DNA of 64,000 bases from an uncultured Prevotellaceae bacterium (GTDB taxonomy: Bacteria > Bacteroidota > Bacteroidia > Bacteroidales > Bacteroidaceae), in assembly GCA_937900485.1 (NCBI GenBank), contig CALCEL010000027.1, positions 2,466 to 66,465 on the forward strand. Reading direction: 5' to 3'. This document shows positions 50,514 through 57,895 of this stretch, one piece after another (within the stretch, counting starts at the first letter, position 1; the number at the start of each line of letters is the position of its first letter). A model generated the notes under the pieces. The model saw nothing but the letters and a program-made list of their open reading frames with translations, was not told where the DNA came from and did not search any database. Both the position numbers and the translations under genes were made by a program.

Positions 50514-51557
50514 ATGAAAACAAGAAGATTTATCATTTTAAGTATACTTAGTATAACTGTATCATTGCAAACATTAATTGCACAAAGCAACAGTAATAGC
50601 GAATACTATGACAAAGCGTACTCTGAAATAACGGATATGCTGGAAGGCAGAACTGCCTTGTCAATAAGTCGCGCTGTCTTTGTGGCAGAATGGGCTTACC
50701 TTGACGGCAATCTGGACTACGAGAAAGATTTCTGTGAGCCTATCAAGAAAGGAGCGGACTATATGATGCGTATGATTGCTGTCAATCATTGGGAGAAATA
50801 CAAGACAGCGAAACAAATAGCCCTCTGCAACTTTTTCTTTTACCCTTGCTCTGGGAATGGCCAGAAACCTTATGAATACGATTTCAGCAATGAATTCCCC
50901 AATGATGACTGGCACTACCAACTTGTTTCCATAACTATCAAAACACACAAAGGGCAATGCCACTCATTGCCTTGGGCATTCAAGCTGTATGCAGAGGAAC
51001 TTGGTGCAAATGTCTCGCTGACACATGCTCCATGCCATTGTTTCATTATATATAAAGATGAAGACAACTTATTCCCTGAAGACTGGATTAATGTAGAGGT
51101 AACAGCACACCAGTACCAACCGACTTGGGGAATAAAGGAACACTTTGCCATTTCGGATTCGGCAATAGCAGCAGGAACATATCTGACTCCTATTACTGAT
51201 GTCCAAACAGTGGCTTGTCAGTTGGCAGACTTAGCTTTAGGCTATTACCATAAGTATAAGCGTTATGATGATTTTACACTCAAATGCGCCGAAGTATCTT
51301 TGAAATACTATCCCATGAATCCTAATGCAATCATTACCAAGGGGAAATCTCTTGATGCACTTCTACAGCAACATCTTGAACAAAACGGACATCTTCGGGA
51401 TGCATATACAGATGCTATAGACTTACAATCGAGACAATGCATGCAGGACTTAAAAGCAACCCACTGGACTCAAGAGACGGAAGAACTGCGGAACAAATGG
51501 AAGCAAACTCCAGAAGACTTTGAGAATATCAGAAAGAATATACAAATCATAAAATAA
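50514..51557 (+). CDS. Secreted transglutaminase-like (Cys-His-acid) fold protein with TPR-like C-terminal region
   Basis: Signal peptide MKTRRFIILSILSITVSLQTLIAQ. Contains KGQCHSLPWAF ... PCHCFIIY ... WINVEVT in the order expected for a transglutaminase-like core, and a helical-repeat C-terminus. AT-rich relative to its neighbours. Confidence 0.45.
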   Translation: MKTRRFIILSILSITVSLQTLIAQSNSNSEYYDKAYSEITDMLEGRTALSISRAVFVAEWAYLDGNLDYEKDFCEPIKKGADYMMRMIAVNHWEKYKTAKQIALCNFFFYPCSGNGQKPYEYDFSNEFPNDDWHYQLVSITIKTHKGQCHSLPWAFKLYAEELGANVSLTHAPCHCFIIYKDEDNLFPEDWINVEVTAHQYQPTWGIKEHFAISDSAIAAGTYLTPITDVQTVACQLADLALGYYHKYKRYDDFTLKCAEVSLKYYPMNPNAIITKGKSLDALLQQHLEQNGHLRDAYTDAIDLQSRQCMQDLKATHWTQETEELRNKWKQTPEDFENIRKNIQIIK

Positions 51558-51563
51558 AGTATT

Positions 51564-52286
51564 ATGAAAAGATTTAAAAAAGCATTACTGTCAGTCGCTA
51601 TTTCATTAGCAGCAATTAACGCAAACGCATTTCCTTGGATTTCACCGTATGCATATTGTTTAGGGAACCCCGTGGCTGCAATTGATCCAGATGGTAGAAA
51701 AGTAGTATTTGTTAACGGATACCTTGGTTTTGGCTCACCAGAAGGTGGAGAGACCTATTGGAATGGGCATAACTCTTCATTTGTGAAAGGAGCACAATCT
51801 ACATTTAATGATTATGCAACACCATATTTTACTAACTACGATTATAATTATATGAAAAGTGCAAGTATGGTTAGAGAGTCTTTAGGTTATCAATATGCAA
51901 AAGATAATTACAATGCTCTTATCGAGGGTATGAAGCCTGGTGTAGATAAATTTAATTTCGTATCGCATAGTATGGGAGGAGCTTTCTCAGAGGGAATGAT
52001 GAAATATATGTCTGAACAAGGCTGGGAAACCGATAATGCTTTATTCCTAAACGCATGGGAACCATCACGAATTAACACTAAAGTAGAAAAGAATAGGATA
52101 GATGCGACATGTGTCAATGACCCTGTACAATTTCTAAGTAAACCTTTGTTTGGAGATCCAGACATTCCATCTTCTGATGAAAGAATAAGGATAAATAGTA
52201 ATGAGTCAATGATGTATATCCATAGAGATTTAATAGATGGTAATAACGATTTATGGAAACTGATTAATAGTTTCTTATCAAAATGA
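51564..52286 (+). CDS. Orphan Rhs/polymorphic-toxin C-terminal cassette with a lipase-like alpha/beta-hydrolase toxin domain
   Basis: SPYAYCLGNPVAAIDPDGRK (51642-51701) resembles the Rhs-core terminal PxxxxDPxG(R/L) junction. Downstream are VVFVNGYLGFG....YWNG and the nucleophile elbow VSHSMGG (GxSxG), as in secreted lipases. A signal-peptide-like segment MKRFKKALLSVAISLAAINANA precedes it. No YD/Rhs repeats lie upstream. Confidence 0.6.
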   Translation: MKRFKKALLSVAISLAAINANAFPWISPYAYCLGNPVAAIDPDGRKVVFVNGYLGFGSPEGGETYWNGHNSSFVKGAQSTFNDYATPYFTNYDYNYMKSASMVRESLGYQYAKDNYNALIEGMKPGVDKFNFVSHSMGGAFSEGMMKYMSEQGWETDNALFLNAWEPSRINTKVEKNRIDATCVNDPVQFLSKPLFGDPDIPSSDERIRINSNESMMYIHRDLIDGNNDLWKLINSFLSK

Positions 52287-52669
52287 GAATCTTCATCAAC
52301 ATTATTGCAATAATTGCATTTATTATACAATCATTTTCTTTTGTATTAAATGTACTAATTCAAAAGAAACCTGAAAGCACAATAGATTCATTGTATAGCT
52401 ATTTTGTTGTTATAGCTTATCTTTGCTCGGTATTGGTTATTGTTCTGTTTGTCTTATTATATAACTTTGATTTCAAGTTTCTGAAAACAAAAATTCTAAA
52501 TTGTTTCTTCTGTATAGTTGGTTTTCTCGGAACATATATTCATATTTGGCAGTTGTTTATACATAATGACTTCGTATTAACATCATTTGTTTTACTAATT
52601 TTTGATATCTATATCTTTTGTAAAATACTGAGTAGTTTTTTTAATATTAATGACTTGCATATCCAGTGA
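52283..52669 (+). CDS. Small 4-TM membrane protein, candidate cognate immunity protein
   Basis: 128 aa with four hydrophobic helices, very AT-rich. The ATG overlaps the toxin stop (ATGA at 52283-52286), implying translational coupling. Confidence 0.5.
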   Translation: MRIFINIIAIIAFIIQSFSFVLNVLIQKKPESTIDSLYSYFVVIAYLCSVLVIVLFVLLYNFDFKFLKTKILNCFFCIVGFLGTYIHIWQLFIHNDFVLTSFVLLIFDIYIFCKILSSFFNINDLHIQ

Positions 52670-52932
52670 GTCATAGTAGTTCTAACTGCAGTTCTTCCAC
52701 GATGAGTATACAAATAATTATTAATTTTTTGGAATTTACTCTATCTTTTATATACGTTATGCTTATATGGCCAGTATATGAAGGCGAAGATTGTTTATGG
52801 GATTGCTTAATTTTTCAGCTATTAAAACGAATTGCGAAGTAACATAAACGAAATTATGGAGAAAGTAAGCTAGAATGATTCATGCAAATAGTATCTGTCA
52901 GGAATTCTCGGCGTATAAAACCGCAGCACGTA

Positions 52933-53188
52933 TCGATATACATTGTGAGATTCAGGCAGTGCCGTTTGCTCAGCTCTCGCAGATGCAACCGGGAGAGCCA
53001 AGTAGAAAGATACGGGAAAGAGTCATCAAGGCGAGACAAATACAGGAGTTGCGGTTCCGGGAGTTCAAAGGCGTCCATTGTAATGCCCAGATGAACGAAC
53101 GTATGTTACACAAGTTCGCTGAACCTGATGTCGAGTCACTCTCTATGCTTCGTACTGCTATGGATAGACTGAAGCTGTCTGCAAGAGC
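52933..53188 (+). repeat. Right copy of the 256-bp perfect direct repeat
   Basis: Identical to 50080-50335. Confidence 0.95.
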
Positions 53189-53324
53189 TTACAGCAGAAT
53201 ACTTAAAGTGTCGAGGACCATTGCAGACTTGGACGGCTCAGAAAAAATCCTGTCCCGACATATTGCTGAAGCAATTGGGTATAGGAGCCTTGACCGTGGC
53301 GATTGGGCAGAGAGAGGTGTGTAA
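52933..53324 (+). pseudogene. comM: Displaced 3' fragment of comM (last ~130 codons, alternative tail)
   Basis: It encodes IDIHCEIQAVPFAQL...AEAIGYRSLDRGDWAERGV*, with no N-terminal AAA+ part. The ORF-track start at 52875 is a fortuitous upstream extension. Confidence 0.9.
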
Positions 53325-53498
53325 TAAATAAAGGCAAATAACTCTTAATATGAGAAATAATACAGAATCGTTTGCCTTTGTGGAAGAACTGTCTGAAGCT
53401 AATGAAGAAGAGAACGTAATGCAAATCATAGTGAACAGTAAGAAACTATTGGCGATTCAGTTCTAAACGAATGACTCTTGATTTAAGCCGCAGAAACA

Positions 53499-53861
53499 CT
53501 ATCTATGTATTATAGATTCTTTGAATTTATCTTCATATTCTTTTAAAAGTTCGCTAAGTGGAATTCCTAATCGAGTGTTTAAACGTAAGAATTTTCTATT
53601 TGTTACAGAGCGTGCATTCTTAAATAGTCTTGCAGTATCAGACTGATTAAAGCCGAGTGCCGTAAGATATATTAGTATTAAATCTTTGTTGTCTATGTCT
53701 TTGTAGTGTGAAAGAATATTTTTTCTGAGATTTGGATATAGTTTATCTACAGCAATAAACACATCTTCCCACATATCTTGTGTTAAGATGGCTTTTTGAT
53801 TATATTCAATTGTTTTTAGTTCTGTGATTACAGATGATACATCCTTTGCGCTTTCAGCTAC
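53499..53861 (-). pseudogene. 5'-truncated gene for an HTH-type regulator-like protein, cut off at the repeat boundary
   Basis: The frame is open from the repeat edge (VAESAKDVSSVITELKTIEYNQKAILTQD-MWEDV...). The upstream in-frame stop (53862-53864) lies inside the first nucleotides of repeat copy 4. The C-terminus LIYLTALGFNQSDTARLFKNARSVTNRKFLRLNTRLGI looks like a helix-turn-helix. An internal ATG at 53774 gives the 91-aa ORF. Confidence 0.5.
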
Positions 53862-54189
53862 TTACCAAACTTCCTATTCATACCCTCAATTTTTAGTGTC
53901 CAAAACTCCTCTTTTTTAGTTGACACGTGTCAGTGAAAAAATGACTTCTGAAATTTTCCAGTGGCTTATTCGGCGTCTGAAATTCTTAGGTTAGGACGCT
54001 GAAAAGTCAAGGTTAGGATTTTTTAAATTGCAGACCTGTTTGTAGTATATATCCTAACCTGAGAATTTCAAAAAGAAGACCTGAGATTTTTAAAAGCATT
54101 GTAATAAGATTATCAATAAGTTAACCCGTTTTTGATTAAAAAGCAGGTATGGGAAATTTGGTTAAGCGCCAAATTGTCCTTTATTCCAC
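53861..54189 (+). repeat. Copy 4 of the ~330-bp structured repeat family
   Basis: Colinear with copies 1-3. B1 gaaattcttaggttagga pairs with B3 tcctaacctgagaatttc (18 positions, one U-G). The palindrome tgacacgtgtca lies at 53921-53932. Confidence 0.9.
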
Positions 54190-54260
54190 TTTTTTTGAGT
54201 GTTTTTTCCGTCAAATAATCACTTGTCAGTCATATTTCACGTTATTGTCTCTCATTGAGA

Positions 54261-54308
54261 CAAAAAAGAGATCCATTTCATGTCAGCATCGATGCTGTGA
54301 AATGGATC
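54261..54308 (-). terminator. Rho-independent terminator of sufE
   Basis: On the minus strand the long hairpin gatccatttca...tgaaatggatc (inner palindrome cagcatcgatgctg) is followed by tctctttttt. Confidence 0.75.
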
Positions 54309-54359
54309 ATCTTGTCTTTATGTAATAAATCTCTCGTCTCAGTATAGACGCTATACGTC

Positions 54360-54785
54360 TTACGCCTGTTTACTCTTGAATGCCATAGCGTAGAGCTTCA
54401 TTTGTTTAAGCATGGCGAGAAGTCCGTTGGAGCGTGTCGGAGACAAATGCTCTTTGAGTCCTATATCCTCAATGAAATGTATGTCGGCGTTGAGTATCTC
54501 ATCAGGAGTATGTCCTGAGAGGACCCTTATTAACAAGGTGACCAGTCCCTTCACTATCAAGGCGTCACTTTCCGCCTGAAAGACGATGACACCCTCTGAT
54601 GTCAGGTCAGCCTGCAGCCATACTCGGCTTTGGCATCCGTCAATGAGGTTACTCTCGTTCTTGTACTTCTCAGGGAGTGGTTTCTGTTCGCATCCCAAGT
54701 CGATAAGCAACTGGTATTTATCCATCCAGTCGTCGTAATCGGCGAATTCCTCGATTACTTCTTGTTGTATCTCCTCTATAGTCAT
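54360..54785 (-). CDS. sufE: SufE-family cysteine desulfuration (sulfur acceptor) protein
   Basis: 141 aa. Contains the conserved SufE active-site region (GCQS.VW) and the C-terminal SRSNGL-like motif (PTRSNGLLAML). Confidence 0.85.
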   Translation of the reverse strand: MTIEEIQQEVIEEFADYDDWMDKYQLLIDLGCEQKPLPEKYKNESNLIDGCQSRVWLQADLTSEGVIVFQAESDALIVKGLVTLLIRVLSGHTPDEILNADIHFIEDIGLKEHLSPTRSNGLLAMLKQMKLYAMAFKSKQA

Positions 54786-54817
54786 GTCTTGTTGTCTTTA
54801 TTTACGCGTCTGTGGAC

Positions 54818-55819
54818 TTATTCATTCCAGAGCACTGTGAGTATAGTCTGTCCTACAGCTTTCAACGTCTGTTTGTTGATGTTCTCTATATTGTCGTTGG
54901 TGGTGTGCCATGTCTCTGGGAAACCGACACCCTCGTTGTCTGCGCCTATGACATCTATGCAAGGTATTCCGCCGAGGTTGATTTGCACATGGTCGTCTGT
55001 CACGTATCCGCAAGTCTCATTGCAGAAGAAATTGTTATATCCCAGCTTGTTGGCCACGCTCCACACCTTGTCCACGAGTGCTGGAGCATAGTGTAGACTG
55101 TATCGTTCTTTGTAGAACACCGTGTTGTTGCCGCCTACCATGTCCAGGTTGATTCCGTATCTTGCGGTGTATCCGTCCAGATGTCTCACTCCCGACCAGT
55201 ACTGTGAGCCGAGGCACCATGTGGCAGACTCGTCCGTGTCGTGATTACCGTCAAATTCAGGCACCCCACAGTCTTCGGCGTCCCAACATATGAAGTCCAC
55301 GCATATTGACTTCTTTTTCAGCAGTGACGTGTCGCCGTGCAGTGACATGTCCTCGTGCAGTATTCTCGCAATCTCCATCATGACTCCAATGCTGCTCGCA
55401 CCGTCATTAGCTCCGTCGATAGGCGTGTGTGTCTTTTCTGAGTTCTCGTCTTGGTCAGCCCATGGACGACTGTCCCAGTGGCCGGATATTATGATGTGCA
55501 CGTCAGCGTCCGGGTTGACACTGGCAATGATGTTGCGCATCTTTATCTCTGTGCCGTCGTACAGTTTTGAGTCGGCGTACTGATCATACACCTCTGCCCC
55601 GTAGCTCTTGAACACGGATGCTATGTAGTCGCCGCAGCTGTCATGCGCCGCGCTGTTCATCACCCTCGGTCCAAAGTCGCATTGTCTTTTTACAAACATA
55701 AAGGCACTGTCGGCGTCAAAGTCTGGAGCGCTGACAAAAGAGTCAGTCTGACTTGTCTTCTTGTTTCCTCCGCAAGCCGTTACCATCAGTAGTGTGATGA
55801 GGTATAATAATTTTCTCAT
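54818..55819 (-). CDS. M28-family metallopeptidase-fold lipoprotein, glutaminyl-peptide cyclotransferase-like
   Basis: Lipobox VTAC. M28 zinc-ligand pattern (H.DS, D.(A/G)(S/A).G, WDAED.G, H...D). Size and architecture match the type II glutaminyl cyclases described in oral Bacteroidetes. Confidence 0.6.
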   Translation of the reverse strand: MRKLLYLITLLMVTACGGNKKTSQTDSFVSAPDFDADSAFMFVKRQCDFGPRVMNSAAHDSCGDYIASVFKSYGAEVYDQYADSKLYDGTEIKMRNIIASVNPDADVHIIISGHWDSRPWADQDENSEKTHTPIDGANDGASSIGVMMEIARILHEDMSLHGDTSLLKKKSICVDFICWDAEDCGVPEFDGNHDTDESATWCLGSQYWSGVRHLDGYTARYGINLDMVGGNNTVFYKERYSLHYAPALVDKVWSVANKLGYNNFFCNETCGYVTDDHVQINLGGIPCIDVIGADNEGVGFPETWHTTNDNIENINKQTLKAVGQTILTVLWNE

Positions 55820-55823
55820 ACTC

Positions 55824-56696
55824 TTAGTTCGTTGCTTTATTGTTTCCAGCTCTCCACATAAGGTATGCGCCGAGCAAACAGAACGGGATGCTGAGCAACT
55901 GTCCCATGTCGAGAACCATGTTTTGCTCGAAGTCCACCTGTTCCTTTTTCAGGAACTCGATGAAGAATCGGAACACGAATATCGTTGTTATGCAGAAGCC
56001 GAAATAGAATCCGCGTCCAGGCTTATACCTCAGCTCCTTGTCTTGTTTGTTCAAAAAGAAGAGCAGCTGAACCATGAAGATGACGAGATAGGCTATCGCC
56101 TCATACAACTGTGCAGGGTGTCGAGGCGTCAACTGGCCGTTGACCAGTGCCTCGTTGCTGTGAAAGATGAAAGCCCAAGGCACATCCGTCACGTTGCCTA
56201 TTATCTCTGAGTTCATGAGGTTGCCGAGACGTATGAACGCCGCCACGAGCGGCACGGCTATGGCGACATTGTCAATGACGTGTAACATCGGGATGTTCAC
56301 TTTTCTCGCGTACATGATCATGGCTACTATGATTCCTATCGTTCCTCCATGACTCGCCAGTCCTTCGTACCCGCGGTACACCCAGTCCCAGCTGTCAGGT
56401 AAGAAACGTATAGGCAGCAGCATCTCTATGAAACCCTTGGTGCTTGTGAGATAATAGCCTGGCTCATAAAAGACGCAGTGTCCTAACCTCGCTCCGACGA
56501 TGATTCCCACGAAGCAATAGAAGAACAGGGGCTCGAATTTCTCGTCCTCAATCTTTTGCGACTTGTATATCTTCATCACGATAAGATATGCCAGGATAAG
56601 TCCGATGCACCAGCATGCAGAATACCATCGTATGCCGAGAGAGCCTATCCTGAACAACTCTAATGATGGCTGCCAGTCAATATATAATAACGTCAT
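55824..56696 (-). CDS. lgt: Prolipoprotein diacylglyceryl transferase
   Basis: 290-aa polytopic protein with Lgt motifs (IRWY.., GAR.GH, HGG..G, R.GN..N.E..G, HP.QLYE). Confidence 0.9.
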   Translation of the reverse strand: MTLLYIDWQPSLELFRIGSLGIRWYSACWCIGLILAYLIVMKIYKSQKIEDEKFEPLFFYCFVGIIVGARLGHCVFYEPGYYLTSTKGFIEMLLPIRFLPDSWDWVYRGYEGLASHGGTIGIIVAMIMYARKVNIPMLHVIDNVAIAVPLVAAFIRLGNLMNSEIIGNVTDVPWAFIFHSNEALVNGQLTPRHPAQLYEAIAYLVIFMVQLLFFLNKQDKELRYKPGRGFYFGFCITTIFVFRFFIEFLKKEQVDFEQNMVLDMGQLLSIPFCLLGAYLMWRAGNNKATN

Positions 56697-56755
56697 AACA
56701 ATCGTTCGAGATTTATGTTACTGTTATGTTTTGTCGCGTGAGACGAACAAAGAGA

Positions 56756-57859
56756 CTACACGTTAAATCTGAAGTGCATGATGTCACCGTCGTTCACCAC
56801 ATACTCTTTACCCTCCACACCGAGCTTGCCTGCCTCACGAACGGCAGCCTCGCTTCCGTACTTTATGTAGTCCTCATACTTGATCACCTCTGCTCGTATG
56901 AATCCTTTCTCGAAGTCTGTGTGGATGACACCGGCGCACTGAGGAGCCTTCCACCCCTTGCGGAATGTCCATGCCTTAACCTCCATCTCTCCGGCTGTGA
57001 TGAATGTCTGAAGATTCAGGAGTGAGTAGATGGCTTTTATGAGTCTGTTGCAGCCACTCTCCTCCAGTCCCATGTCCTCCAGGAACATCTGTTTCTCCTC
57101 GTAACTCTCAAGTTCGGCTATGTCTGCCTCTGTTTGTGCTGAGATAACCATCAGCTGAGCGTCCTCGTCCTTTATCGCCTCACGTACTCTCTCAACGTAC
57201 TCGTTACCGTTCTTCGCGCTCTTGTCGTCAACGTTACATACGTAAAGGACAGGCTTTGTGGTCAAGAGGAACATGTTTTTTGACGCCTCAATCTCCTCGT
57301 CGTTGTCAAGCTCTACGGTTCTCGCACTTTTTCCGGCGAGCAGCGCCTCCTTGTATTTCAGCAGAACGCCATACTCCACCTTGGCGTCCTTGTCGTGACC
57401 CACGTTTGCAAGCTTCTCTGTCTTCTTTATTCTTGCCTCAACAGTCTCCAAATCCTTGAGCTGTAACTCTGTGTCGATGATTTCTTTGTCCCTGACAGGA
57501 TTCACGGAGCCGTCCACGTGTACGATGTTACCGTTGTCGAAACAGCGCAGCACATGGATGATAGCGTCGCACTCACGTATGTTACCGAGGAACTGGTTAC
57601 CCAGACCCTCACCCTTGCTGGCTCCTTTCACGAGTCCGGCGATGTCCACGATGTCGCATACGGCAGGGACGATACGTCCTGGATGTACTATCTCCGCCAG
57701 TTTTGTTAGTCTCTCGTCTGGTACGCTGACCTGTCCCAGCTGTGCGTCGATGGTGCAAAATGGGAAGTTGGCGGCTTGTGCCTTAGCACTTGACAAACAG
57801 TTGAAAAGAGTGGATTTACCTACGTTAGGAAGGCCCACGATGCCTGCTTTTAATGCCAT
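56756..57859 (-). CDS. ychF: Redox-regulated ribosome-binding ATPase YchF
   Basis: 367 aa. G1 motif GLPNVGKST, DIAGLV, NVxD, and the TGS/YchF C-terminal domain ending DGDIMHFRFNV. Confidence 0.95.
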   Translation of the reverse strand: MALKAGIVGLPNVGKSTLFNCLSSAKAQAANFPFCTIDAQLGQVSVPDERLTKLAEIVHPGRIVPAVCDIVDIAGLVKGASKGEGLGNQFLGNIRECDAIIHVLRCFDNGNIVHVDGSVNPVRDKEIIDTELQLKDLETVEARIKKTEKLANVGHDKDAKVEYGVLLKYKEALLAGKSARTVELDNDEEIEASKNMFLLTTKPVLYVCNVDDKSAKNGNEYVERVREAIKDEDAQLMVISAQTEADIAELESYEEKQMFLEDMGLEESGCNRLIKAIYSLLNLQTFITAGEMEVKAWTFRKGWKAPQCAGVIHTDFEKGFIRAEVIKYEDYIKYGSEAAVREAGKLGVEGKEYVVNDGDIMHFRFNV

Positions 57860-57895
57860 ATTTTACTCTTTAGTGTAATAGAAATGTTAATTGTT

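Noticed and set aside
53330-53466. The hairpin aaaggcaaa-N32-tttgccttt and a 39-codon ORF (53350-53466) just after the displaced comM tail.
   Set aside because: The stem is only 9 bp with a very large loop. The ORF is short and AT-rich and has no recognisable features. Neither can be supported without expression or conservation data.
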